A stretch of DNA of 64,000 nucleotides, taken from the NCBI GenBank assembly GCA_009859145.1, contig VRVR01000056.1, forward strand, positions 85-64,084. Reading direction: 5' to 3'. Both the position numbers and the translations under genes were made by a program. The notes beneath the pieces were generated by a model. The model was not told the DNA's origin and searched no databases. It saw only the letters and a program-made list of their open reading frames with translations. This document shows positions 20,025 to 31,327 of the stretch, one piece after another. How positions within the stretch are numbered: position 1 is the stretch's first letter; each line of letters begins with the position of its first letter. Origin of the DNA: Andalucia godoyi And28 (lineage: Eukaryota > Protista > Jakobida).

Positions 20025-21485
20025 GCCCCTCAACACGACGGAACAAGAAAACAAAAACCCAGCAGTGAAAGGGAGGAAGAAGAAGAAGAAGAAGAAGAAG
20101 AAGAAGAAGAGCAAACCAATCAAAAACAAATAAGCGACGGTCTGCGCGTGCCTTTTCTTTTCCCCTCCTGATGCCGACGAAACCGCGTCTACTAAAACCG
20201 AGAATGTACGATGTAGTATAGACAGGACTCTGAAAGAAAAGGTTTTCAGAGAATAGTCAGCAAAGATGTATGTAGTCAAAAAGTTGGGGAAGGGAATCGA
20301 GCGTCGTGTTCAGAAAGAGAAAAACGCGAGAATACGATTCGTTTCCATCAACTCGGGACAAGAACGCAAGCCTTCCTATAGGCGGCTTGACCTGAATTAG
20401 ACATGCTGGTTCCGCAGGCAGCAGAAAAATGTCCTGACTGCACTGGGCGTTCCGAGTCGACGGTAGCAGACTATTCTGTCTTGTTTTGACTCGCGCTGCA
20501 GACACGGGAGTGCGAAAATGACGAGCTGTGCGGTCGGATCACTTTAAATGTGGAAATGGCAGCAACTGTCCACCGGGAATACGAGCAAAAACGGATTCAG
20601 CGAGTTTGAAAAAGTGTAACTCGAATTCTGCATCGTGATGGATTCAGGATGGCAGCATCGAGTGGGTGGTTCCTAGAACAGCAGCGGAAGGCAGGTGTTT
20701 CGAGACATCGTCCAAGCAGAACGGATCTCCTTTGTCATGCCGGTCGTCCTGCGGAGGCAAAAATCGTCACCAGCGTAACAGAAGTGGGATCTTCAAGCGT
20801 ACCAAACGGCGGAAACCGAGAAACCCCTGTCGCATCTTGCGAGCAGCCCGTTGCTCTCGCACATCGAAGCAGAATGTTCATTGCTCCTTTTATGTGCACT
20901 GCCGTCGCAGCAATCCGTAACTGACTCCGATCACATCGCACGATCAGAACCCCGGCAGGTGCAGCGCATCATAGCACACTTCCACTGGAAAAGCCCCCAG
21001 TCGCCATTTTCGACAGGGTGAAAAGACGCTGATGCTTGTGTGTCTGGCGGGCGGGTGGAGGCGTTCTCGCAAGACGCAAAACCTCCGTGTCTCTCCTTCT
21101 TGGGATGGTGCGGGAAGGGGGGGCTCCTTTTGTCGATTTTCCTGCACCTCCGTGGAGGGGGGATCGAAAAACACATGACTGCCGCACTCGAAGCGCTGTT
21201 GAATGCGCCACCTCTTTTCCTGGTTTGCTGTAGAAAACACAGTTTGAAACACGGAAGTTTCCCAGAAGTTTACGCACCTTGTGCTGTCTTCCACTTTCTA
21301 CGCTGTCTTAATTCACGCCCGCAGCCACATGCGCTAACTAGGACGTCAATTCGCTGTCGTCGTCGGCAGGCACAGAGAAAAAATGCAGCCCCCTCGACGA
21401 CTTTGAATATGTAATAAAATTTATTATCGCAACAGCACGGCCGACGAAGGCGCTCTATGACCAGACCATCATCGATCAATCGTGG

Positions 21486-22133
21486 TTAGAAATGGTGGTG
21501 GTGGTGGTGGTAGCCGTGAGGTCCACAAAATCCACCACCCCAGCCTCCGTGGTGGTGATGTCCACCACCGAAACCAAAACCAAGCCCTGGACCGATCCCA
21601 AGGCCAAAACCCGGGCGTCCACATCCGTAGTACCCTCCCCCATAGCCATACCTCGATCCACCAAGCATCATGCCACCGAGCATGCCTCCCAACAGGCCAG
21701 CCCCCATGCCCATACCCATACCCATACCGGAGCCGCTCGAAGAAGAAGAAGAAGCGGAATCGTACTGGGGGGTTCGACTGACGACGTATACAGGTCTTTC
21801 TTGCAGCGTGTCTTCGTAAACATACTGCGGTCTTGCACGGACGGCTCTGGAGCCATACACAGGCGGAACACGACTGTCCATGTACTGAGGGGACTCGTAC
21901 CGAGCTGAATCCTCGTCGCTGTGGACTACACGGTAATTCGCCGGGGTCGCGGTTCCTGGGCCATAATACTCTACTGGAGGATCCGATGCTACACGGCCCA
22001 GTCTCTGGCCGTACTGGGCAGGCTCTTCCAGCGGCGGCGCAGTTGGTGGTGGCGGCAGCGGATATGCAGCAGTCGCGCCGCTGCTATTGTTGTTGTTGTT
22101 ATACGGATAACCAACAGGATACGGATTTGACAT
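21486..22133 (-). CDS. Pro/Tyr-rich, Gly/His-rich low-complexity protein
   Basis: MSNPYPVGYPY start, PPVY motif, GMGMGAGLLGGMLGGMML glycine zipper, terminal HHHHHHF*. Confidence 0.7.
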   Translation of the reverse strand: MSNPYPVGYPYNNNNNSSGATAAYPLPPPPTAPPLEEPAQYGQRLGRVASDPPVEYYGPGTATPANYRVVHSDEDSARYESPQYMDSRVPPVYGSRAVRARPQYVYEDTLQERPVYVVSRTPQYDSASSSSSSGSGMGMGMGMGAGLLGGMLGGMMLGGSRYGYGGGYYGCGRPGFGLGIGPGLGFGFGGGHHHHGGWGGGFCGPHGYHHHHHHF

Positions 22134-22418
22134 TGTGATTATTATACTATTATGGTTATAATTATTATTATTTTTTTGAGAAACCTTTTTTTTTTGCTGT
22201 AGCAACGCAAAAAAGAAGAGGCGAACAGGGGGAATTCGATCGCCGCCATTTGAAAAAGCCCAAAACTGGCCCACCACGGGCATACAATAAGCAGTGCGCA
22301 TGATACAAGAAAAAAGAAACTCGGCAGTTTCTTGTATGACTTTTCACTGCACATCACTGGAAGACCTGCCGGTACTTCAAGGATGGATGCAGAACTTCGT
22401 CGAGACAGTGCTGGCGGC

Positions 22419-23381
22419 CTATGCAGAGTCGACTTGTGCCATTTCATCCAGATCTGTCATGTCTTCCGGCAATCCCGAGCAGAACCAAAGCACTCCACCG
22501 ACAACAAAGGATCCCATCACCGCAGTTGTTTGAATCCACACGATGTACAACACATAATACGACACAGGGCGCTTGTCAGAGCAATTCCAAGTGGAAAACA
22601 AGCATATTGCGCCACCAATCATGACGATCGCAGACGAAAAGACGCAGTACAGCCATATTGCAAGGGGAAGCCCCGACCGGAACGCAGCAGAATCGAGCAC
22701 CGCTGGGCGTTTGCTTTGAGAAGCATCCAGCATTTTCCGCTGCACAAGCCGTCGGAACCCGTAAAAACAAACCAGCAAGACGCTGTACAGGAGCGAGAAG
22801 ACCAGAAATGCAACCACCGGTCGGTCGCAAGCGTCTGCATCCCTTTCGTGTACCAGCGCAACAAAACACAAAAGCGCGTTCAGCAGCGACACTCCAAAAG
22901 TGAATGGAGACCACGGGGCAAACAGCGCTCCCCCACAGATCATGTAGCACGACGCAACCTGTCGAACTGCTTGGACAACCGACAGGCAGCACAGCTGGAA
23001 GACAAGCAGCGAGCCAATTCCTACCTCGCGACCATCATCTGGACTACTTCTGCTATAGTACGCAGGATGCGGGTGCTGAGGAGAACGAAAAGTGGAAGGC
23101 GTGGTCGCTGCAGTCTTTGGAACCGGCGACAGTGAAGTCAGTGGATATGTCGAGCGGTCCGGAGCTGGTTGGATCCCCGCCATTGGCCGAACTCGACTGT
23201 GGTCGGCACTGTCTGCACTACTGTTACTGTTACCAGAGCCATGCTGCCGGTTGGGAGTACTCTCGAGAGGAGCCAAGAGGGAAGATCTCGCAAACGGTGA
23301 GCTGGTCGAAGTGAATAGGTGGTTCGGTCGCTTAACAACCGGTGCAGGCCGCGTTTCAGGATACTCAATGTCGTCGTTCAT
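22419..23381 (-). CDS. Multi-pass membrane protein
   Basis: S/P-rich N-terminus followed by ~5 hydrophobic segments including ACDRPVVAFLVFSLL; start set at ATG 23381. Confidence 0.7.
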   Translation of the reverse strand: MNDDIEYPETRPAPVVKRPNHLFTSTSSPFARSSLLAPLESTPNRQHGSGNSNSSADSADHSRVRPMAGIQPAPDRSTYPLTSLSPVPKTAATTPSTFRSPQHPHPAYYSRSSPDDGREVGIGSLLVFQLCCLSVVQAVRQVASCYMICGGALFAPWSPFTFGVSLLNALLCFVALVHERDADACDRPVVAFLVFSLLYSVLLVCFYGFRRLVQRKMLDASQSKRPAVLDSAAFRSGLPLAIWLYCVFSSAIVMIGGAICLFSTWNCSDKRPVSYYVLYIVWIQTTAVMGSFVVGGVLWFCSGLPEDMTDLDEMAQVDSA

Positions 23382-23439
23382 ATCTAGATCTGGGATCGGC
23401 GTCAATTGACAACGCATGCATATATGTACAGTGAAAGAT

Positions 23440-24038
23440 GGCTGACAGCTTTGTGTATCAAAACGCTGAACATCAAACAATACGAATTTTCTTACCGTAG
23501 TCAAGTCTACTATTTCTTATTTTTTCTTCGCTTTCCTTTCTGTGTGTTGGTGTCTTCAATAATCGAACCTTCAAGCAGCACCTTTCATCAGAGACAAAGA
23601 CAAAGACAAAAACATCTCATGGCTCCAAAGAGGGGGTCTTCTTGACAAACGCAAACCGGCCGTGTTCAAAGATGCCGAGAACGAAGAAACCCGTTGATCC
23701 CCTCTTGTCGAAGGCGGAGAGCAAGAAGATGGTCATCGTCAGACGGCTGGGCAAGATATTTTTAAATTCCCGAAGATGTGATCGATTACGTTCGGAAATG
23801 CGCTCTAAGCTAGAGAACAAGAAGGAGCAAAGACAAAAGCGCCGTTCGCCGACGACATTCTGTTTCCTCCAACGTTCAATTTTGAATGTCGAGTCGACTG
23901 CGGAGTATGCTGGTTGCGAGGACCCTTTGATGTAGAATTGACGCTCGCCGCAAATAAAAACAACACGTGGCTTGGATCTGTCTTCGGTGACAGCATAGCC
24001 GATGATGACCAATAATGATTCATGTTTTTGGCGAGCGG
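23440..24038. repeat. 599-bp dispersed repeat, copy 1
   Basis: Same orientation and length as 42374-42972 (offset 18934); only one substitution seen (T23553 vs G42487). Confidence 0.95.
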
Positions 24039-24320
24039 AATCGTAAAAGAAAAAAGAAAAAAGACATGGGAATTATCAGTATCGCGGAATTAACGAAACA
24101 TCAGCGGATGCCGTTTCAAGAAGCGTGCGGAATCACGGAGTACCGATACCGTCGTGTGGAGTGGCGTGGCGTAGGGTTTATAGCATAGGCCATCCGACGC
24201 GCGCAAACCACTATTAGTATGGTTGTGGGTTGCGCGGTGGTGGAGGAGGAAGGGAGAGTGCAGCCGCGGAAATACTGCGATCGTTTGTACATGCAGGAGG
24301 GAGTGTGGTGCTCCCTTCGC

Positions 24321-25826
24321 CTATGATTCGTCGTTGTGAAGCAAGGAGGCGAGTGAGACTCGGGAAAACGGAGATCGCGAGTCGAGTGCGGTGCCGAGAG
24401 TCGTCGCTGCGGGTGAGGAAGAGGAATGTCGACTGTTCCCGGGACAGCCTTCTTCGATCGATACTTGTTGACCGCCAAGCGTTGAGGGACAGGAGATGGC
24501 ACGAGGACTGCCGGTGACGCTGGACGACGGCTCGCCTGGTATTCTGTCAACCAGTACTTTTCTGCGTTTCGAGGATGTTGAGAGAGTGGTAGGCCGGTAA
24601 TCACAGACGATGCGTGCATTCGTGCTAGCCGTGGGCCCATCGTTGTCATCACCACATCCACAGTCATCCTCGTCCCCATCTTCATGACCACCATCACCGT
24701 TGTCGGGATCGTTGTCGGGAACGTTGCCAAGGCTGTGATTATGAGTCAGGATGTCTTCGTTGGATTGAAGCGACCCGAGAGAATGTTGTCGTTTCCTTCG
24801 TTTCAGCGAAGAGCCGGTTGGCAATGGTGTTGGCCCGGTGAGCGAAGCAATTGCATCGAGCTTCGAAACAAGAGAGTCCGGAATATCTGGCAACGAATGG
24901 CCACATGACGATAATATGATGCAGAACAGTTCAGTGGGCTCCGGATCCTGCGCAAGCCGTTCTTTGGCATCGCAAAGGAACCGTTCGATCCAACAGTGCT
25001 CGTCGGTGGGCTCCGAGGGATGCTGCGAGTCGGTCTGTGCGCAGATAAGCGGATGCTTGACGCCTGCTCGAATTGCAGCTTTCGCTCGCTTGCTAATGGA
25101 AAGCCAGCGAAACCGAACTGCGGTGTCGTGGCGGCCAGGAAGATGTGCACTCAATACCGACCATCGCGGGCCGTACGTTCGAAACAGAACAGCCAGCTTC
25201 ACATACTCTCCAAAGGTCCAGCGCTGGTCTCTCACCAGCTTTGGATCGAGGACTCGACGGAATCGCTGCGAACACGCATTCGGAGGGCGGTGTGTTCCGA
25301 TGTATTGTGCAATGGCGGTCCACGAATTCTCGCCAAACATCCGAACGCCGTCCAGGAGCTTTGCATCTTCTTCTGCATTCCAGCGTTTGGAAGGTTGACG
25401 AAGCAAACTCGCATTGCGATCCGCATCCGATTGCGTCATCTCCGCATCCAGCATGCAGCTCCGGAGCGCGGAGGTGCTCGATTCATTGCTGATTTGCGGC
25501 AGCCTCGGGAGAGTAGCTAGTGTCAGTGCGCTGCTGCTCACCAAGTGTCCGCCGTAGAGCGAAGTGTACGAGTGGCTTGGGAACTGCGACTGCTGTGAAT
25601 GTTGAGGGTGTTGCGGATGAGACGGCGGTGGCAGTGGAGGTGATAGATGTGCTGTTAGTGGAAGTGAAGAGTGTGTCGGAAGCGAACGGAACGCATCGGT
25701 TGTGAAGAAAGGGCTCCGCTGCGCAGCACTTCGAACGCCGAGATGGGGAGCAGAGCTTGCCGAAGACGTACTCCGTGAGTCCTGGGCAGCAGGAGGGACA
25801 TTCCATTTCTGCTGCTGTTGGTTCAT
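24321..25826 (-). CDS. R2R3-type Myb transcription factor
   Basis: RWNAEEDAKLLDGVRMFGENSWTAIAQYI...NACSQRFRRVLDPKL-RDQRWTFGEY...RWSVLSAHLPGRHDTAVRFRW; start set at ATG 25826. Confidence 0.9.
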   Translation of the reverse strand: MNQQQQKWNVPPAAQDSRSTSSASSAPHLGVRSAAQRSPFFTTDAFRSLPTHSSLPLTAHLSPPLPPPSHPQHPQHSQQSQFPSHSYTSLYGGHLVSSSALTLATLPRLPQISNESSTSALRSCMLDAEMTQSDADRNASLLRQPSKRWNAEEDAKLLDGVRMFGENSWTAIAQYIGTHRPPNACSQRFRRVLDPKLVRDQRWTFGEYVKLAVLFRTYGPRWSVLSAHLPGRHDTAVRFRWLSISKRAKAAIRAGVKHPLICAQTDSQHPSEPTDEHCWIERFLCDAKERLAQDPEPTELFCIILSSCGHSLPDIPDSLVSKLDAIASLTGPTPLPTGSSLKRRKRQHSLGSLQSNEDILTHNHSLGNVPDNDPDNGDGGHEDGDEDDCGCGDDNDGPTASTNARIVCDYRPTTLSTSSKRRKVLVDRIPGEPSSSVTGSPRAISCPSTLGGQQVSIEEGCPGNSRHSSSSPAATTLGTALDSRSPFSRVSLASLLHNDES

Positions 25827-26647
25827 GACTGAAGTGAAGAACAGCAACAAAAAGAACAAGAACAAGAACAAGAAGAACCAGAAGGAGTTATCGTTTTGAG
25901 AGCTTCGCAGGAAGAATGCAAAAAAAATGCAAAAGAGAGAAACGGCATACTGGTAGGACGACGAGTGCTTTCTACGCGGATCCGCAGCGCTTTTCTGTTT
26001 AGAGTCCTTTTTCCCCCTTGTTTCCGTGCGCGCTCTCACTGAGTTTTTCTGTTTTCCGTTTTCTGTCCCTAGTTTTTGAGATTGAAACTCCATGCAGCTA
26101 CGGCATCGAAACAGCATGAGCAAAAACGCCAATATGTTGTAGCGGGCATGTGAGCGCATCCGAACGCCCTGCTCCACAGCGGATAGGTGTATTACGAGAT
26201 GCATAAGTTGAACGTTCTGAGAGCGGGCTTCAAAGGCCTCAAAAGGTAATACATTGCAGGTTTGGATCCCACAGCGGTCGAAAGCGTTCTTGGAAAGCCG
26301 AGGGTGATGGGGAAATTCTTCTTGCATGCCGTCCGAGCAGGAGCAGCAAAGCATACCAGCATCGCTTGTGTTTTCCAAGGAGACTTCCAAGTTCCAACCA
26401 GTAGCGCCCACGTTCTGCTGATATGCAGGGATTTGTCAAATTGTGTGGTACCAGTAATTGCTCGCGCGGCTGCGGGCCATTCGTGCATGCCCCTTTCGTT
26501 TACTGTGTTTGTTTGCAGCGGATTGGGTTGCGGTTGGGTGTCGAGGATGGTGAATGGCGAATGGCGAATGGCGGTGGGGAGAAAAATGGAGGAGGTGGGA
26601 GTAGCCGAGTGCGTGACAAGATCCCCAGCCGCTACGAGCCATACTCT

Positions 26648-28015
26648 CTAGAGGTTGCGTCCCTTGAGCGGTCGGAGTTCCATAAACTTCCTAACGACCT
26701 CGTCCGTCTGCAGCTCGCGGTTCTTCTGGTGGGCTTCGACAATGGCCTGGACTTTTTTGATGAGGATCGCCTTGACCTCGCCCGAGAACATCTTGCCAGA
26801 CCCGTACCGTTCTGCAACATCCCTAAGGACCTCGTCGTCATGCTCCAGGAACCGCAACCACTGGTATGCAACATCGATATCCAAGTTTGCGCCATTTGCA
26901 ATTTGCTCTTCCTTTGTCTTTCCGCCTCCCGAAAACGCATGCTTGTTGATTTTCTTTTCGATCTCCTTTGCTGTGTCTGTCAGAAACACTGCAGATGCGG
27001 TGTTCGACGAGGACATCTTTCCAGCAACTCCTTGCAACGGAGGGAAGAACATCGAGTGGACCAAGCTGGGCTTGTGAAACCCAAGCTTGGGCGCAATGTC
27101 CCGCGTCATTCTAAAGTACGGATCCTGGTCAATGCCGCATGGAATCAAGCACCGAACATCTCTTCGAAGACCAAAGATGTGCGGAAATGCGCTTGGGAAC
27201 GAGGGTGCCGCCTGAATCGCAGGAAATGCAATCTTTCCAATCGCATCCGCATCCGTAAACCCGAATATCGAACGCACGGTCGTGGTCGTAACCGACCTCT
27301 GGATGTCGATGATTGTCGGGTACATATGGCCAATGTAGTCCGAGTCTCGGAACACAAACGTGCGCTCCATCTCAAAGCCGAGCGCAAGGATGTCTCGTGC
27401 ATTCTCAATGCCCAACGCCCGCGTCTCGCTCAAGTCAATGTTTTTCCAAATTGTCTTTTCGTCATCGGTAAGCTGGATGACAAGCGGGCACTGAAGTGCA
27501 TCGTGCAGCCACTTTGTAAACATGAACGGAACCAAGTGCCCCAAGTGCATCCCATTCGACGGACCCCGGCCGGTATACAGATACACCGGCTTCCCGGCTT
27601 CCAATGCATCCAAGATCGCCTGCAGATCGCGGTGCGAAAAGAAGATTCCTCTGCGCAACCACGGATGCGGCGCAACCCCCGTCACCTTCTCAAACCGCTC
27701 CAGCAGCGCAGTCGTTATGCGCGATGACCCAAAATCCGCAACCAGCTTGTCGTAGTCCACCGTCCCGCCCACATCCCACGGTGTCACGACAGCAGCATCA
27801 CTTGACGCCGCCGCATCTTCCACCACCTTCTTCGGTCCCGCCACCGTCGTAGCATCACTTGATGCACCATGGTCCAGCTGCTCCAGCTGCTGCTTGAGTT
27901 CTTTGAGCACAAACACCGCCTTCTCGATCGTCACGGAATCACTCTTGGCTTGTTTCAGCGATCGAACCGTTTCTCGCTGTGCATCAAGCCGCCTCACCAC
28001 TTCCGAACGGTCCAT
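26648..28015 (-). CDS. WARS1: Cytosolic tryptophanyl-tRNA synthetase with N-terminal WHEP-like domain
   Basis: VVTPWDV, LYTGRGPS, HLGH (HIGH), IQLTDDEK, CLIPCGIDQDPYFRMTRD, KMSSS (KMSKS), HAFSGG; start at ATG 28015. Confidence 0.96.
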   Translation of the reverse strand: MDRSEVVRRLDAQRETVRSLKQAKSDSVTIEKAVFVLKELKQQLEQLDHGASSDATTVAGPKKVVEDAAASSDAAVVTPWDVGGTVDYDKLVADFGSSRITTALLERFEKVTGVAPHPWLRRGIFFSHRDLQAILDALEAGKPVYLYTGRGPSNGMHLGHLVPFMFTKWLHDALQCPLVIQLTDDEKTIWKNIDLSETRALGIENARDILALGFEMERTFVFRDSDYIGHMYPTIIDIQRSVTTTTVRSIFGFTDADAIGKIAFPAIQAAPSFPSAFPHIFGLRRDVRCLIPCGIDQDPYFRMTRDIAPKLGFHKPSLVHSMFFPPLQGVAGKMSSSNTASAVFLTDTAKEIEKKINKHAFSGGGKTKEEQIANGANLDIDVAYQWLRFLEHDDEVLRDVAERYGSGKMFSGEVKAILIKKVQAIVEAHQKNRELQTDEVVRKFMELRPLKGRNL

Positions 28016-29060
28016 ATGCAACGCTTCTGCTTTCTGCTGGTTATGTTTTTTTTTTTTTGTTTTTTTTTTGTTCAAGCGTGTGGGGAAAAAAGGAGAAGCG
28101 AGAATTAAAATAAAGCGTCACAGCATCAAATACTTTTTTGAAAAAAAGAAAACGAAAAAGTAAAAGGGAAAAATAATATGGATGCAGACAAGCCTGCAGG
28201 AGAAGTGGACTACAGTCGATGAGCGAACATCCATGAGCTTCGAGTTTTTCGGTTGCATTCTGTTTTCGTACAGTCGCTGCAGACTCGCTGCTGGCGAAGG
28301 GGAGGGGTTGGGAGAAGGGGCGGTTGTGGCATGTGCGAGCAGAGCATGAGCACCATCGGCGGAAGTCTGGCAAGAATTTCACGCTTCGGGGAAGCCTCAG
28401 GGAAGGGTTCCGTGGCTGCTCATACGTCGGGTGTTGGTGTTGGTTTCGTAAATGGATAATGCACAGAGTTTGCGGCGTTTGCCGAATGCTTGCTGACAGG
28501 TTTCGGGCACTGACTTTCCATTTCTACGCTAACGGGAGGACGGGGTCACGGGGTGCTACGCACGGGACAACCGGCTTGGGAACGGGTGCTTCGGGGTCGG
28601 TGTGAGCAACCGGAAGAACTGGGCCAATGATCTGCTTTGAACGTCACGGATCCCCGTTCCCCATGCCGACTGGACCAACAAGTGGCCGAGCAGACAAGGA
28701 GCGGACGTATGAGCTGTGCGCTAACCGCTCAGAACTTCTTGGTTCAGCATATCCCGTTATGCGAGCACAAAGAGGTGAACTTTGGGTGAGCGCTGGCTTG
28801 TTTTTCAATTGTTCTGAGGCTTCTGTTTTCCTCTGGGATTCGCCGCTGGTCATCGTCATCATCATCATATAGTTGCGGTTTACTTCTTTTCCGTCTTTTA
28901 TTTTTCTTTTCCTTTTTCCTTTTTCCTTTTTCCTTTTCCTTTTTCCTCTCGTCTTCTTTCCTTCCGTGTTTCCCAAAGCAGAAAAAAAAAAAGAACAGTT
29001 CCCGAGAGAAGAGAAAGAAGAAGAAGCAGAAGAAGCAGAAAAGACGAAAAAGCAAGGCAG

Positions 29061-30158
29061 ATGGGAAGTTGTCAGTCAGCATCCTCGAAGCATACCGCAG
29101 CAATCACTCCGATCATCCCTTTGAAGATCTCCTCTAGTCCTGCCTTACCAGCTGCACAAGTGTCTAGCGAAAAGTTCTCAAGCATGGCCACCGTACCCGT
29201 GCATCTTGCGAAATTCGACGCTCCTGTCCGCAGAACCGTGTCGGAAGTCAATGTCTACCGCAGCAGTACCCCGTCCACGAATGCTGCTGCTTGCAGCACC
29301 AGTAGCACGGCCAGCAGTAGCAGTAGCAGTTCGGCACCAGTGGACTGCATTGTGCATAACAATTTGCAATTTCCAGTACGGCTTGTGGTTCAGTACACGG
29401 CCCAAGCGAATGGACCGGATGGCGAGCGTGGAAAGGAGACGACGCATGTTCGCGAGTTCATGTCGTTTCCTCGGACGAAGAAGGTGCTTCGGTTCCGAGC
29501 CGGCGTTCGTATTGTGGCCGTCGAAGCCAACCAAGGATGGAGCCGCGCATCCGTTCGCAACCCGATCGTCATCTCTGCAGACTCCAGCATTCTGCTGAAC
29601 TTGATGTACGGAGACGAAGCGCTGGATGAAATCGAGCATTTCCGAGCCACAAGCTCCAAACGGCAAGTCACTGTCTCGCAAACAGTTCTGGAGCCCGCCG
29701 TCCACGGGATCTCACACATGACCCGCAGCGCCCTTTCTTCGATGGGCCTTTTCAAACCGTTGATCCCCTTGTTTCCGGGCCAACCGCAACACAACCAGAG
29801 TTTCCACGTTGCCAACAACCTGCATCATGTCCACAAGGAGCACGAACAAGGACATGGACATGGACATGAACAGGAACAGGAGCAGGAGCAGGAGCAGGAG
29901 GATGAGGATGAGGATGAAACGTGCTATGACACGGACAGCAAGTGCTCGTCCATCAGCCTTGAAAGCGCTCTGTGCGGTGATGACGACGACTTTGGATCGA
30001 ATCCTTACTGGTGCCCATCGTCCGACGTCGGAAACGCCCCGTTCTGCATCTGCGGATACGACATTGCTGTCTCGCACAAGACGAGGGAACGCAGACCGGT
30101 CCTCTACGGAGTATGCGCTGCAACGCGACACCCTGGCAACGACTCGGATCTCTACTAG
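29061..30158 (+). CDS. Hypothetical protein, putatively N-myristoylated (MGSCQS)
   Basis: 365-aa ATG ORF; shares the NNLQFPVRL...EF...GW pattern with two other ORFs in the window. Confidence 0.7.
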   Translation: MGSCQSASSKHTAAITPIIPLKISSSPALPAAQVSSEKFSSMATVPVHLAKFDAPVRRTVSEVNVYRSSTPSTNAAACSTSSTASSSSSSSAPVDCIVHNNLQFPVRLVVQYTAQANGPDGERGKETTHVREFMSFPRTKKVLRFRAGVRIVAVEANQGWSRASVRNPIVISADSSILLNLMYGDEALDEIEHFRATSSKRQVTVSQTVLEPAVHGISHMTRSALSSMGLFKPLIPLFPGQPQHNQSFHVANNLHHVHKEHEQGHGHGHEQEQEQEQEQEDEDEDETCYDTDSKCSSISLESALCGDDDDFGSNPYWCPSSDVGNAPFCICGYDIAVSHKTRERRPVLYGVCAATRHPGNDSDLY

Positions 30159-30432
30159 GTCCTCCCCACGCTCTCCCGATCCCCGGTCCCTCCTTCATGT
30201 GCAGAGAAAAATGTATGACGATGAATATTACTGCACTGTACTGTATGATATGTATTATATTTGTAATTTAAATTTAAAAAATTAGAAGAGAGATTTCCTT
30301 CCGTGCAACGAAAAACGGTGATGCTGGTGAGCAAGCAGCAGCAACGCGTATCCATTGGGTAACTTTATCCTTATTTAACATGTCAATGTTGTCGATGGTG
30401 TCTCTGTTGATTCAATCATTCTTCATTGTCTT

Positions 30433-30852
30433 TTAACGCGCAAACTGGAGGCAGCGGTTGAGCATCTTATCCTCCTCGATTTCTGCGGCGTCTGTCGCCT
30501 GGAGCTCGATCTGGATGCCGTCGAGCGCCTTCTTGATGTTGTCCTTTGAAGCTGCATAGAGCATCTTTGACTTGATCTTTGCATTATCCGGCGACCACAT
30601 GACGAACACAAGCTTGTTTCTCGGGTTTCCCTCATAGTCAAAGTTGTAGTCATAGACTGCATATCGGCAGTCGTCCTTGGGAAGCTTCTCTACAAAGTCT
30701 GCATAAGTCGCATCCGTCGGCGCAATATGCTCAGGAACAATCTCCTTGTTGCCTTCCGCCATCGTGTAGATCACGAAGCGCGAAGCATGCTTCTGCTTGA
30801 GGTCAAGGAACGCAATGACCGATTCCTGTGCAGGTGCAACTCCAGTAGACAT
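30433..30852 (-). CDS. Cofilin / actin-depolymerising factor
   Basis: LPKDDCRYAVYDY, RNKLVFVMWSPDNAKIKSKMLYAASKD, ELQATD; 139 aa. Confidence 0.97.
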   Translation of the reverse strand: MSTGVAPAQESVIAFLDLKQKHASRFVIYTMAEGNKEIVPEHIAPTDATYADFVEKLPKDDCRYAVYDYNFDYEGNPRNKLVFVMWSPDNAKIKSKMLYAASKDNIKKALDGIQIELQATDAAEIEEDKMLNRCLQFAR

Positions 30853-31327
30853 CTTGGAAGGACAAAAAAACCAACAAAGACAAATTATAATAAGAATTAT
30901 TATAAATCAAAAACAAAAAAGAGACAGAGACAGAGACAGACAGAGAGGGAAACCAAGAAGAAAAATCCAGGAAAATCTTCTTGGGCACAAAAGGCGGAGA
31001 CACAAGGTTGGAAGAGTTTTAGGAGAAATAGCACAGGTTGGGTTGAAGGCAAGAAGACGCTGGGGGGTGGGTGGGTGTCAGTCTGGTCACGGAAAACAGG
31101 GTCACGTCACTCCAGAAGGGAAACACCGAGTTGAGCACAGGGCAAGTTGCCATCAACAAGCTCGAGCATTCGGATGTTAGACTTACACTTGATAGATGCA
31201 TAGCGGGTATTTCGACGGTGAGGAAAAGGGCCAAAAAACGCGCGGTGGGTGAGGTTTGGGCCGGACTACGGTGGGTGATGTACAGTGGTCAGAAAAATGC
31301 GTGGTGAGCTTGGGGAGCGAGCGGTGA

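Noticed and set aside
24066-24188. 40-aa ORF ISIAELTKHQRMPFQEA resembling the start of an RWP-RK domain
   Set aside because: Lacks the RWPxRK core; too short to support.
28180-28860. Protein-like frames interrupted by TAG/TAA, suggesting stop-codon reassignment
   Set aside because: All conserved genes are free of internal stops and end in TGA (DAW1), TAG (RhoGDI) or TAA (cofilin), consistent with the standard code.
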